Assembly: GCF_000150275.1 (NCBI RefSeq)
Contig: NW_002060954.1
Location: 124,001 to 188,000 of the forward strand
Reading direction: 5' to 3'
Source: Trichoplax adhaerens
Taxonomy: Eukaryota; Animalia; Placozoa
DNA length: 64,000 nucleotides
Shown: in pieces, positions 37,009 through 54,434 of the stretch
Layout: every line of letters starts with the position of its first letter
Position numbering within the stretch: the stretch's first letter is position 1
Program-made: the position numbers and the translations under genes
The notes under the pieces: generated by a model
The model's input: only the letters and a program-made list of their open reading frames with translations
The model's database searches: none
Told to the model about the DNA's origin: nothing

Positions 37009-38432
37009 ATGTCTAATAATACAAGCGGGAACGGTAATAACACGATACTGATGTGGGCCGGATTGCCCTCATTGCAGATTGCTGTTTATTCCGTAGCCAT
37101 CGTTGTTGGAACTGTTGGAAACTTCTTCGTTTGCCTGATAATGTTCGGAGGCAGGCGAAAGCAAATAGCCACGGAATTACTAGTTGGGAATCTTGCAATT
37201 GCCGATTTGATTATATCGGCCATAACTCTAACCTTTACTCTAGGTTGGACGATACAAAATTTATATCCTTATGGAGAATTCTGGTGTCGTTTTGGACAGT
37301 TCTTATTTGCTGAAGCAGCTGCAGTCTCTAATTGGACATTAGCTGCAATTAGTATTGATCGATATATATTAGCTTTTCATTCAGAAAAAAAAATAAGCCG
37401 GAAACAATCCATAATTCTGATTGCTTGTATCTGGATCATTATCGTAATTATAAGTTCGCCATTACTATTTATCTATAAAGTAAGTGTCTTTACTTATCAA
37501 ACTATCAAATAGTTAAAGTATCGAATAAGGTCTTCCTAAATATCAACTTTTTCTACTATTACTCCTGATAGATTCAATATTTTGAGTATGGAATTTCCAG
37601 GGAATTTCGGCCTTATTGTATTGAAGACTGGCCACATATTTCTAACAAGCGATCTTACACAATGGCATCCTTTGCGTTGTTGTTCGTCCTGCCTGTTATA
37701 ATAATAATTTTTACGCATGGGAGAATTGTTATAGATTCGTGTGCTACACGTAGGAATTTAAATTCAGATAGAATTGAGATGGAAAATTCCAATATTACAA
37801 ATCAACAGCTCGAAGCGAAAACTGTTACAAATAATAATATCGATGGCACAGAAACTGAAACCAAAACTGTTAAGCGCCTCTCTAACACAACTCAAAGTAC
37901 TCAGCCGGCTCAGACCCAAACAATCTCAGTAAATAGTGATCATGCTAATCACACCGAAGATCCTACTGACCGTAAGCATTCAGAAACGCATTTGCCATCA
38001 GCAGATTATCAAAAACGCAAATACACACCAGATACTCAAACACTTATCAAAGCATCAACAATTGTCGTGGTATTTTTTTTAATAGCCTGGATTCCATACT
38101 ACATCATGCTTATAATTAGTGAACGCATTCTTATTCGCGACGCTACATTTTCCCTCTTGTATCCACTTTTCGCGCTAATCGCCTTCGCTCAATCAGCTGC
38201 AAATCCCGTTATTTATTTCTCGTTGAGCAAAAAATTCCGAGCAGATGTGTACGTGTATCTGTTCGCTCTCTGTTATATCCTGTTTGGCTGTTTTTTTAGA
38301 CATGAAGTAGAATATTCCGGAGAATCCATAGAGGACGATCAAATCCGTCGTCTCAAAGATTATCAAACCAGAAATATTGCTCAAGAGAGAATATTATTTA
38401 ATAGTTCGAAAGGTGAAAGTACGATAGTGTGA
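37009..38432 (+). CDS. Class A (rhodopsin-like) GPCR, neuropeptide-receptor type
   Basis: Exons 37009-37479 and 37572-38432 are in frame. Motifs GN (TM1), NLAIADL (TM2), YPYGEFWC, SIDRY, TM4 W..., ECL2 CIEDWP, FVLP (TM5), AWIPY (TM6), NPVIY (TM7). Long Ser/Thr-rich ICL3 and N-terminal N-glycosylation sequons. Confidence 0.9.
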
Positions 38433-39220
38433 AATAGCTTAACTATACTGTATGTACTGATTTTATGCATTACCTTATGGAAGTATATCATTCGATTACG
38501 ACAATCCATGCGTTACTATTGCAACTGTAATCCTGTCTAATAAAATAATTCATTTAATAACTTTGTACCGAAAATTACAGTTAAACTATTGTACATCTCA
38601 AATCAATCAAACGTTATCGAATTTGGATAGCTATATATAATTATAATTACCACTTCGTAGGATCATAATATAATCATTGATATTTGACTGTTATACCTTA
38701 CAATCCTGTGTATTATCTATACACACTCCTTATAAATCTCACGGATCTCGGTCCCTGTTTACATTACTTATTGATAAATTCTTAAAAATACTACTCCACT
38801 TTAGGAAGCTATATTATCTGTAAATAACCACAGCAACAATTTTGCAGATCAACTCGTTACATTCAATAAAACTCAAAGACTGATGTCTAAAAATGTTCGG
38901 ATATACAGTATTTTTTATTATTGTTACTGCATATTTTGCATAAGTACGGTAGAGGCCTAGATGCAAATAATTGCTTCAGCTGATTGCCATTTAATTGTAT
39001 AAGTCATTCGAATTTTATTGCAAGCACACAAGTACGGTAGAAACGATAGGTCTACAACCATCGAAGCTGTAATTTCTAAAATAGTGTTTACCATAAGATA
39101 CCGTTAACAATACAGCATTAATTATACGTATTACTGCATGTTGTACACCACAAGCTCTAAAGCTTGGATTACTTAAATTTGAGTTACGTTCCTATACAGG
39201 TTGTTTATAGATAACAAATT

Positions 39221-42046
<2,826 letters not shown>

Positions 42047-42161
42047 ACTGGAATAATACTTAAATGCTAAATTCTATAATATCGTATCGGTGTTTAACTA
42101 TTAACAAGTACGGCATCCAACGTTGAAATGCTTGGAGCGCTGTTATGAAATTTGTTATAAA

Positions 42162-42968
42162 CTACTGTAAAACTAATACACAGTACTGTTAGTACTGTAT
42201 ACTACCGTACAGCACAGCACTGAAAGAGCTGACGCTGCAAGTCTTCGTGTACTACTGTACAGGACCAGACTACTGTAGTACAGTACTGTAGAGATGAAGA
42301 TCTTTAGCTGTACTGTACTGTACTGTACTGTACACTGTACAGTAGCGTTACTACCGTAAGCACTGTACGGTATACAGTCATGGACTGCTGTACTACAGAC
42401 AGTCTACAGTACAGTACGGTATAGTGTAGATGTGCAAAATCTGTAGCCAATCGAGTATTTTTGGAGTGAGACATGGCATTTTCACAGACCTTTACAGTAC
42501 AGTACTTTTTAAGTCTAAAATACAAAAATACTGTACTGTACCGTACAGTCAGTGGTACAGTACAGTACAGTGTACTGTACACTAGGGTTTCTACAGTAGT
42601 GTACTGTACAGTGTACTGTACATGTGATCGGGTTTGTTAGTATGCATAATAAACCATACCATAAACCACATACTGTAAGCCGTTTCAGCGATGTGCATTT
42701 GATCACTTAACAAATTCTGGAACGCCCTACAGTACGGTACTGTACAGTACAGTACAGTACTTCATGTCCGTTACTGTACAGCACAGTGTACAGTACTGTA
42801 CATACATGTACACTATACAGTACTGTATAGTACTGTACTGTATAGTTTTTGGGTTTCCGCAAATTCGAATGCATCAGTCTTCTGCCTTTTGTCATGAACT
42901 GTATTTACTGTATTGTACTGTAATGTGTGGATGGTGGTAAGGTGTACTGTACTGTACAGTGTACACTG
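42162..42968. repeat. Dense CAGTA/TACTG array in the divergent PP2A-SEC24 intergenic region
   Basis: About 800 bp with dozens of pentamers in both orientations, often forming TACTGTACAGTA palindromes. The YSTV/TVLYC-rich ORFs predicted here are translation artefacts of the repeat. Confidence 0.85.
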
Positions 42969-43356
42969 CTGTGGCAGTGAAACGTGGCGTGGCAGGAGTG
43001 CTATCTATTAGCTTATAAATATAAGTGATCCTTTCTTTATGAAATCTTTTGTAGTAAAGTATAATCAAGAAGGTAAGTAAATTACTGCAATCTACTTTTA
43101 GCACTGCCGCTATAGTGTAAGGAATTATAGTTTTTTCTTGCTACGACTTTAATAATATTTATACGTTATATGTAATCGTTTTACACTAGCAAGAAATTTC
43201 ATAAATCTTTTCCGCTGTATAGCTTATTTAAAGTAATTAGTGAAGCTATACTGTACTATGATGTACTCGGGTAGAAGTGTTCATGGTACATACTAGCTTA
43301 TTTTACACAGGGTGTATTTGATACTTGTCTTGTATTTGTATGGCAAAAGAGCAGAG

Positions 43357-46300
43357 ATGTCTCGACGAAAATACCCTATAAGTCCATCAGCGGCACCAGT
43401 TCCAGAATACCTACCGGCCTCAACTACTCCTCGTATGTCGGATCCTCTTTCCGAAATGCAGTTTAATGCTAATACTAATCCTAATTTAAATTGTAAGTAA
43501 TTAGTAATACAAGCGTCATAGAATATTACGTACTATCAATATACTGGTGTTATATACTTGTATAAAAACTGGGATCAAAACTATAGCAATTTAAACCGTA
43601 CAGCTATCAAGGAATCTCGCTGTTTACATGCGCATGATTCTCTTGAAGCTGGATTGGCAGGCGAGTCAGCGTACCATACTGCACAGAGTCCTTCACCGAC
43701 ACTAAAAGATATGAAATGAAGATCTCTGCTGCATGCTGAGTGCAACAGAAATACAGAAATGAGTTTGGTTAAGTTTACGATTATTATTTAAAATTGTAAA
43801 CCATCTCCAATCCGCAGATCATGCTAATGTAATTCTCATAAGCTAGTAAGTAATACGCTACGTAAAATTAATTGCAGTACCGTACTTTACTATACTGTAC
43901 ATTACGCCTACATTTCAATATGCAGGTAAAATACTGTAACTTAAGTGGAAGTTTGAAACAGAAAATTACCATCTAGTAAGAAAGACACTCCAGTTTTCAA
44001 ATTACACTGCAGTACTTGCTAGTGGTACTATATCCGCAATGGCTCTAACTTTTATCAAAGGGTTTCGTTTATTAGCAATTTGGTAAAATTTTCAGCTTCA
44101 AATTTCTTGAGATCGGGATATAAAACGTACAATTGAAGGTCCTTGATGAGTATTCATTCCTTATGTATGGCGATGGCTGCACAAAGTTCAATACATCACT
44201 GGCTCTTAGGCTGTGTCAATGAAATACTATATGCTAATACCTTATGATTTATTTGAACGTTGAAACTCCATAGTCGATAGTCTTAATAATTATTATTATT
44301 AGAAATCTTCGATCATTCTTCCTGTATTGTGCAAATCTTTTCACTAGATTATACTTATACTATACAGTACGTACAGTACAGTAGAATATGGATATCACTA
44401 ATTATAATTTGAAACGTAATACTACAAGTTAGCTTTAAACTCATCAAGATGTACTTGAATCATAATATTATGAAAGCGAGCCGGATTGATATCCCTATAC
44501 TGTAACTTTGAGTGCCGCAATTTATAAAAAGTGAACTCATCAAAATCTGCATTGCTTATAATTTTTCGATTTAAATTCTTATACTGTATATATATTCAAT
44601 AGCAGAAGTGATTCAATTGCTAGCACAGTACCATCGATTACCATTAGCAATTTTACTCAATGTGAATGAAATTACGACAGTACTGTACAGTATTATGAAT
44701 CACTTAGAAGAACCTTACTATAATATCAATACTACGTCGACTCTTTTTGTGAAATTCGTAAACGTTCATGTATGAATGCGTGTAAGCCTAGTGTTATTAA
44801 CTCTGCAAGCAGGCTAAGTAGCCAGCGTTATAGTAATACAATTTCCATTTCCTGAGCCGCATTACGCTACTACCAGAACTTCTCCTGTTATTCCGACAAC
44901 CCTTCACTGGAATCTTCGTGCTCATCACTTCATTATACTAAAAGTATAACAAATCTAGCTATTTCGTATTCAGTTCAAGGTACTAGGTACTCATCTAATT
45001 GATCAATCCAATAAAGTACATTGGTTCTAATGCGTTTAAAAAATGGAAAAGATGTGATCTATAACTTCCCGGAGCTGAAAATAGTGCTGATATACGCGTA
45101 CCTTGAGTATCAGTTATGATCATTATATTTCATGCTAAGTAGCATCAATTTGATATAAAATATAGTTTTAAATCGTTAAGCAATTATGTTGACAATTTTC
45201 GGTCAGCTTGTGTAATACCCATACCAGAATCATTTTCGTATAGTTCTGAATTGTGCAGTGCTATGTTCATTGTGATCATTTATTTAACAAGTTATTGCAT
45301 AAGGTCTACGCTGTACATGTTCAAGTACTACATTGTGGGCTGGCGCAATACTTGTACGTAAAACGTTGCCTTTGCTAGTCTTTGCTGCTTGAGTCTGTTA
45401 AACAAGTTTTTTTATCAATCACGTTTGCAATCTGAAGTCGACATGACTGTTAATAAATATCTCCTATCTTGTTAGCATATAAGACTTTGTGTGTGGGTTA
45501 TAAACTGTATTAGTTACATCATCAACAGTAACATAATTATGTGATTCATATCGTGCGCGCAGCGTCTTTTGAGCGGCATTCGGATAATAGTAATTTTATC
45601 CCACCTAATCCAAGATCGTTGCCTCCGCCAGGCAAAGGTATGATATTTAATAGACCAACTTGCTCATTCATATCGATAGGTACTTTTTATCTTAATTAAT
45701 TCCTGACTACCAATATATAGAGCAAGAATTTATGAGTGACATGGCACCCGCTGCATATAAATCCTCAAATTCTATACAAACACAGGATACGAGACAAAAT
45801 TCTCACATTACACTGTCTGATAACCCTAAACCAGGAATCATGTCCGGTAAGTAACACCTTAAATTTATACTATAATCTCTTGCCAAAATTTTATACGTCA
45901 ACTGTAGATGGCATATCTACGTAGAAATGGAATGTATGATAAGTGGAGTAAAGTTTTGTTATTTACCAAAACTGTGGCACGAAGCGATTAATTATGCATA
46001 AATTCTAAAAGTTTTTACTTGTAATAATTTTTATTGTTGTTATTCAGTAAATTAAATGATGTCCATTTTGCCATGCTTTAAAAAATTATCGTAATTCTCA
46101 ATCACCCTTGGGAAGTCATACTTTCATAAAATAACAATGATAAAAAGTAATATGTGTGTTATATCAAGTACATGCTTATAATATTTTGATTTCATAAGTT
46201 AATTGCTGTTCATAATGCTGTACTACCTGTATGGACAACTGTAATCTTTTTGGATCTTCACTATACATTACCTGTCTATCAGGAGTAGTACATATAATAG

Positions 46301-49300
46301 TCTCGCCATTATACCCCTATAATGTACTATTCTTATGGGTTTCAATAGTACTGCTTTACCATATTAGTTATTAAATTCTAATTAGACCTGAGAAAGGTTC
46401 GGTTCGGTTCAAAACCGTTATGATCTATATTTCTAATACACTAATAATTATAGTATATTGCATGTGACGATTTAATAACAGTATCGTATGCAAGATCTCT
46501 TGTGATCTGTTTTCTATATTCTGTATAGTCAGCTACTAGTCTCGTTTTTCGAAAATATTTACGTGATGCAGTTTGATTTCCTATGTATTACAATTCGGTA
46601 TCATGACATTTACAAATCTGCTTTAGTTTTATGTATACGTATACAATTCAGTAACACGATGTTTACAGATGATGAATCCAATCTATTCTAACTTATTATA
46701 CACAGGTCAATCGTACAAGGCTGGAGCTACCATTACGTCTAAGCGCCGTTACTATCCAGTACAGGTTAATAGAAATTGACCAATAACACGACACAACGTA
46801 TCTCATAATAACTGGGTGTTTTTATACAAAGTATGGCAATATGCAATTCGTACTTTATAGGATACCATGTTGAACGCTGCATCACGCCAAATTACTACAG
46901 ACGTAGCAGCACGTCCTATTACGGATAGTCATTTAGAGTCAGTACCTTCTAAAAGTTCGGTCTCACGAATGGATCAGGTAATGCCGTATAGGTGCTCAAA
47001 TGCCCAGCTAAAATTCTTTTACTGACGACTCCTGGCTATCAGGAAGAATGTTAATCTATAGTATATTCTATAATTATAAATTTTTCTTTTTCTCGCAATT
47101 TTTGATCATTTAATATTCCCTTCTCGAAGTTGTGATGTAACTTTTAGCTAGCATTTGTACACTTAGTGTTATTTTACACTATAAATGCAGGCACATATTC
47201 CTAGTAGTCACATTCTTCAATCAAATCTTCCCCAGGCTAACCAAGAAACGGTTCGGCAGCAATTTGGGTCAATGGCACTCCAAGTAGTAGCTTCCATTAC
47301 CTTTTTTCTAGATATTATTGTGCCCTGAATTAAGAATTATTTTTATTATTTAGCAACAGCCTCAGCCTCTAGCAAATATTGTTAATTTGAGTCAAGAGAA
47401 GAATCTGTTTGATAATCCTATGACTTCTAAGCCGGATTTGCCGGAGGTTTGAATACTTTACAGAATATTAATGATAAAGAGTTTTATGGTTATAATCTAT
47501 CTTATTTACATCCGTCAGATATACCGCGGAATAGAATATGATCAAAGGTATTCTGTATATTGCTAGAATAGATTCGGCATGCGATGATTTCTTATCCGGA
47601 TTTTTATAGAACTTTGCCGAAACTATTTTTCTAACCAATGATCTGTTCTTGAAACAGTATCTTCTGTTGTACATTGAACGCAATCCCTCACAATGGCAGC
47701 CTTTTATCAAAATGTAAGGTTCCTTTGGGACTGTATATTCATCCATACAAAGACATTCAAGTAAGTTGAGTTACTTATTGATGGTATTCTGTAATGGCGT
47801 TGCCAATATTGTAATGCTTACTGTTATATTTACATCCAGAATCTTACCGTTGTGTCATCGTCAGTGATAACGAGATGTCGTGTTTGTCGTGCCTATCTAA
47901 ATCCGTTTGTAACTCTTTTATCCAATCATAAGTGGAAATGTAATCTCTGTTTCCGCGTAAATGATCGTAAGGGAAATGCCACATCAATGCGTTTATTTCA
48001 GCTTTCTGCAGAACGTCAACTATTTCCAAATCTAATTTCGTTATTTGCTTTTTTGTATGATAGTCCCTAATGAATTCGTTTACAATAGCAATATCTCCAT
48101 TAATAAACGACCAGAGTTAAGGAATTGCACTGTTGAATTCATCGCACCTTCGGAATATATGGTTAGTTTTAGATGAATGTCTATGCTTTTGCTGAATGAC
48201 TTCTTTTAAAAGATCGTAATAGGAAGATCAAAATTAATATATAGGTTCGTCCTCCTCAACCAGCTGTGTACTTATTCATGTTCGATGTGAGTTTTACTGC
48301 TACTAGCACAGGTATTTATCTTGTTGAGAAATATATGGAACCTGTAAATTAAGAATCATTAGCGTATAGTTTACTTACTTGTTTCAGTACTTTATTTTTT
48401 ACCCATTAGTTTCGATAGAAATTATATAAGCAATTAATGGTCTTTCGGTAGGATACTTGGAGGCCGCGTGTCGGATTATGAAGGAAGAGTTAGATAAGCT
48501 ACCAGGAGATTCCAGAACAATGATTGGAATCATTGCTTTTGATAGCAGTATTCATTTTTTTAATTTGAAGGTAGAGATATTGTTATTGTATCGATAGAAA
48601 TAGATATCATGTATTTCTCTATCGTAAATGTTAATAATCATATTCTCTAATTTATTTAGCCTTCACTTCCCCAGCCGCAGATGTTAGTCATATCTGAAGT
48701 TAATGGTAGGCATAACAAGAAGCAACTATACTTACTACTTATCTCTATTATAAAATTATCTATAAATTCCTTTAGATATTTTTCTACCTTCTCCTGATGA
48801 TCTTTTGGTTAACCTACAAGAAAGTAAAGAGGTATCTATAAGTATATAAATTTTGGCCATGTGCAATTGCTGTTCCACAAACTTCTGATTTATTTCACAT
48901 TGTAGTTAGTCTTATCACTGCTGGACCAGCTCCCTAACTTGTTTGATTCATCAAGAAATGTTCACAGTGCTACTGGAGCTGCAATGCAAGCTGGATATAA
49001 GTTATTGGTGAGATGTTATAGTTATGAGTTTAAGTAAACTAATTATTTTAATCTAATTTTAAATATTCCTGAAGATGCCTACAGGAGGACGTATTACCGT
49101 ATTTCAAGTATCTCTACCTAATTTTGGACCTGGAGCATTGAAAATGCGGGAAGATCCGAACCAAAGAGCAGCGGCAACAAAGGTGATACTTTCTTGTTCA
49201 GTTATTTATCTCCTAATTGATTTAGTAAAGATATCCTTCTCAACTATGGCACTTGCATAATTTATCGGTAGTTGTAATCAACATTTAATTTACATTTTGT

Positions 49301-51745
49301 AGGAGATACCTCAACTCGTACCTGCTACAGATTTTTACAAGAAACTAGCTCTTGACTGTTGTAGTCATCAGATATGCATAGACTTGTTTTCGTTAGCGAC
49401 ACAATATGCTGACCTGTCATCTCTATGTTAGTCAAGCGTTTCAGTTTAAATTTAAGAAACATAAAGATATTCTTTGATGCTACTTTTTGTTACAATGCAG
49501 CATGCGTCTCTAAATATTCCGCTGGTTGTATTTACTATTATTGTAACTATCATCGAACAAACAGTGCAATCTCGATGAAGTTTGAATCAGAATTTAGGTA
49601 TAAATATTGATACTTTCGTTATAATTAGTTAATTAGTAAAGATCAATAATATCGCGAGTAGTCATAAAATCTATTTGATAACATTTATAATTTTACTATA
49701 GACGATATCTTAGTCGAAGTCTTGGGTTAGAAGCGGTAATGAGAATTCGTTGTACTAGAGGTAGGTTTTATTTGATAGCCATTGATCAGGATATAGCGAT
49801 GACGGAATGACAGGAATACGATGTTGCTTTATTTACAGGCCTATCCATCCACACCTTTTATGGAAACTTTTTTGTTCGTTCTACTGACTTGTTAGCATTG
49901 CCTAACATAAATCCAGACACTAGCTTTGGAATGCAAGTTTCTATTGAAGAATCTTTGAGCGATTTAAAGCTTGCATGTTTTCAAGCTGCTTTATTATATA
50001 CCAATACCAAAGGTTGATAGTAATTCCGATAGTTCAGCCTTTCTCTAGATTTTCACCATTTCAGTGTCATTTCACGAATATTTAAATGTTTGACATGCAG
50101 GAGAACGCAGGATAAGAGTGCATACATTAGCAATCCCAATTGTGGCATCACCTGACCAGATTTATAGATCGCTTGATTGTCGCCTTATAGTAAATTTGCT
50201 TTCTAAGATGGGTATGTTAGTTTACTTAGTGAGTTATAACCTTCTAATTTTCAAGCAATGTTGTTTTCTTAGTTATAATTTAAACACTTTTTAGCGGTAG
50301 ATAGAACATTGACAGCATCAATAGGAGATGCGCGAGAGGTAAATTACTGATTTAATGACCCATGTTTCTTTAGCATTATTAGTAGGAGTTTTTATACTAA
50401 TAGCTGTCGCCCAGTACTTTATTAATTGATATCTTATTCTTCACTTGTCAAGGCCTTGCTCAACGCTATAATAGATACTACAAAAGCATTTAAAGCTCAC
50501 ATTAGGTCATCGCAGAAATCTGAAGTTATTCTTCCTTCATCATTGAAATTATTACCTCTTTACATCCTTGGGTTATTAAAACACGTAAGAAAATTGCCGT
50601 TGTTTTCAATTTGATGTAGCTTAATGAGTGAACTTGTTGTCGTTTATTAATGCTCCAGTAATTGTGAAAAGAGGATTTATCGCAAATTAAGGCACTATTT
50701 TAACACATGGTGCTACTGCGGTAATGCTCAATTGGTAGTTACGACTTAATTAGAAAGCTTATGAATCTACAACTTTATCCCAATTTGTAGACCGCATTTC
50801 GTTTAGGGACTAGCACATCATTAGATGCTCGAACATTCGCTTTACACCAATTCAACACTTTACCTGTCAAAACAGCTCTACTAACAATTTACCCAGCTCT
50901 TTATGCTCTCCATGATCTGGACAAAAACGTAATTAAGTGATGTTATACTCTAAGATTATACCGTATACAATAGTGTACAAATCAGATTATATGTTTCTTC
51001 TAGTGCAAAATCTTTACGCGACCGGTACATCTGATTTGAACACTACAATAGGCATTATTAAATTTTTAAATCAATAGGAACCGATACGTACAGCTTCAGG
51101 AATAGTGCCTAATCCACCCCAATTACCTTTGTCGTGGGAAAAGATTTACAAGAATGGAATCTACCTTTTAGACGCTGGCACTGTGAGCAATAAAGTTTGT
51201 GTAGGTATATTTAAGTTACAAAAATAAAGTTGTATATTCCTGTTTTTGACACAGATAATATTCATATGGATCGGTAAAGCTGTTGACCCACGACTACTTA
51301 ATGAATTATTCGACAAGGATAATTTCTTGAGTCTGCCAGACACCTACATGGTGAGAATCTTAATTGCATGTATTTGAGTTATTGTTTCGCGATTACGTTT
51401 TCTGTGCTACTCTACTTTCACGAAATTTACACTTATCCGTGATTCCTTCCTTTCAGATTTCTCTACCTGAACTTAATAATGCATTGTCAAGTTCAGTAAG
51501 GAAATTTGTTAACACTCTGCGTCTTTCGAGACCAATTTGTCCTCCCCTATATATCATAAGGTAAGTTCATGAGTTTAAATACTCTCTTTATCATGTATAT
51601 AAGATGCATCTTTCTTTGTGTCATATAAAATAGGGAAGATAGCCGCTTTAGGAAAGAATTTAGCCAAAATTTCGTTAACGATCGAACGGAAGCCACGATG
51701 TCTTACTTTGAATTCATGGTTCATGTGCAAAAGCAGCTGATATAA
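43357..51745 (+). CDS. SEC24: COPII cargo adaptor Sec24, SEC24A/B type
   Basis: Many short exons encoding CTLNAIP, Zn finger [119 protein letters not shown]. Stop at 51743-51745. The low-complexity N-terminal exons (43357-46764) are uncertain; a probable 5'-UTR exon ends near 43072. Confidence 0.9.
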
Positions 51746-53102
51746 TTTGTAAATTGATGTGATGTAATATTTGCTAATGTATTTTGATAGTATCCAAATC
51801 AGTAACATAGATGGCGATTTGTTTACTTCACCAAAGTTGTCGTAGAAATAAACGCAATTTAGAAAACTGGCATCTTTCATTTCATTTTTATTAATTTTGG
51901 TTAATTTAAGATACTACAATGCCGTTTGAATACGCATAACAGTAATATATCACTTTGGAGTCAAAACTGAATCGAAGTAGCTACAGCATAATAGCAGCGG
52001 TATGAATTATTTTTATTGTAAATGATGGCAACTACAACGGATGTGTGTAACCGCTGTGTTTTATGAATTGATGTACAAAAATTTTAAGGGGATTGCAATT
52101 ATTAAAATTCAGTTACAAATTTCGTAGTCTGATATGCTTTCGATTACAACTCCACACGGTAAGATGGAATATCACTGCGGATGGCAGTTTCACAATAGTA
52201 AACAACTCTTACGTACATGCAGCGATAAGCACAGATCACAATATGTGAATGCAGTTAACTTAATTAACAATAATAAGAAATCGTTTTCGTTACACCAGTA
52301 TAACATACATACAACTTGGCTATTACGAAAATTTTTAAAATACCAGATGCTAGTGTCGCATTATCGACAGACTATCTCAGATATGTCTTACTACCTACTA
52401 CAAAAGATGCGAAGTTAAACACCATAGTGACAAATAGTCATGGTATTTTTAAATTAGTTTAGAAAGGTTGCCTTTCAACTTTCATACTTACCAATGGATT
52501 GATTAGAATAGTTAAATCAAGAATCATGTAGCCTATGGTCTTGGTATAGAGGAACCTGCCTGCTTAATATAATGGATATAAAATCAGTATACTGTAACAC
52601 AAGAGACATTTTTCGGATTTAGGCTAGCATACGGAATCGCGAAATGATTGCTAATAAAATATAACGGCCAGACAATAGTCTCAGACTAATCAACACTGTT
52701 TACTTCAGCATCGTTATAAATATAGGGCACAGCTTGGCAAGCTAAATACAATTTTAACCCTTCTTGATAAGCCCATGCATTATCTTCCTATTACAATTAT
52801 TACCGTAGATGGGTATATTTGACTAGCTGGCCTTTTAGATTATCATTTGTGATCCCAGCACTGTGGACTGTACACTATATCGTTATTTACGAACAACAAC
52901 AGCTACATGATGAGTCTCAAATATACTGTTAGCATACGAAGCTTGGTCTTGAAGCAGCAGGTAGAACTTGCCAAATAGATAAGTGCATAAACTAAATTCA
53001 AACTAGCTTATGATAACAATTAACGGTAAATGCAAAACCAACGTAATCATCCAATTACAAAGAGGGAATCGCAAGTCAAGCCTCAACCTTAATTCCGTAA
53101 CC

Positions 53103-54404
53103 TCAGTCACATTTGTTGTGCGATAATAAACAAACGAGTATGACAGGTTCAATTGACAACACCTGTGCATCCACTTTCATATTTCTCATATCCTCGACAA
53201 AGTATTCCAAATTATATAGTATAGTTGTACTGTACTGTACATTGGGTGTAAATATTGCAATATCAACTTCATTTATACAATATACAGTAGTGCCGTACAG
53301 TATATGCTTAGCAATGGTAAATTTTATCAATTTTAGGTAGCTAGTGGTCATCTTACTTTATCAGCTTCCTCAAGTAAAGAAAGTAGATTATCCAGTTCTT
53401 CTTTATTCAGTTCCATTGTCAGATCACGACAATTATTAATACAAAATGACAATGAGAGCAGAGGACTGTATAAATTAACCATACTGCTCGTAGATAAACC
53501 AATCTAAGAATGACGTGAAATACTCAGTAATTTATATGTTGAGACCGTAAGGTCACTCAGGCATCTACAACACAGAAAAGTAGCAAAGTGAACTAAAAAG
53601 TATTCCTGAATTTAGCCAGCTGCTAGCGAAGTACTACCTAAAAAAAATATTAAATGAGTGTCGATCGTTGTTTTCATTTAAACGGTAAACTCATTAGAAG
53701 CACAGTACAGTATATTGTATAATTGATATTGTTATATTTATTAGTTCGTTACAGGCATGCATTATAAATATCCATAATATCCATGCAAAAAAACTGCAGA
53801 TAAACGAGTATATTTCGTATGAACGTCTTCAATAAAGTAAGCTTCATAATCTTGTGGCTAGTTTCTAGTCACATACAACATTTACCAAAATGTATCGTCA
53901 TTTACCTGCACTTGCCAATCAAAACTCTGAATATAGCGGGAAGAAAGGGATAAAAGCTGGTACCTCCAATGATAATCATTCTTTTTTCTTAAATCCGACT
54001 CATAATAACTTTTACAAATTTTTTTCCACTTGACTGAAGTATGCTTTAAAAAATTAATAAAAACGCAAGTAAACCATACTGTACTACAGAAAATATATAT
54101 TATACACTTCATTGGAAACGCTCCGTAATATTAATTATTTACAGTTAAATACGCGTATAGCAGAATCAACACATTCCTAGAAGAATCTTGTCTCATTTAC
54201 AATACATGAAACTTGTAAACAATCGCATGATTTATTTAGCTACAGGAATCATTCGTACAGTTTAGGAGCGTATTCACGATCTATTACCAGCGAATTCAGA
54301 TTTTACCCTCAAGCATTGATAGGATACGCAATGTTAGGTGCCTGACAGTTAAATAGGCAGTTGTATCATCTTACCCTATCGTCGTTCGCAGTTAACGCAG
54401 CCAT
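53103..54404 (-). pseudogene. COMMD8: COMM domain-containing protein 8-like locus, possibly disrupted
   Basis: Spliced COMM domain LSLSSRYIQSFDWQVQ|IGLSTSSMVNLYSPLLSLSF...TMELNKEELDNLLSLLEEADK|DMRNMK (exon 53503-53357 is clean) resembles COMMD8 QLQDFDWQVK...PLLSL...EMSREELQNLIQSLEAANK. Candidate first exon MAALTANDDR at 54404-54375. I found no stop-free path through 54060-54300, so gene versus pseudogene status is unresolved. Confidence 0.6.
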
Positions 54405-54434
54405 GATACCTTCTGTTGTGTTGCTTTAAAGATA

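Noticed and set aside
42304-43104. ORFs rich in YSTV/TVLYC/VQYS (also 153-425, 34111-34489, 54741-54944, 61291-61558)
   Set aside because: They are translations of the CAGTA/TACTG pentamer repeat and have no splice or domain support.
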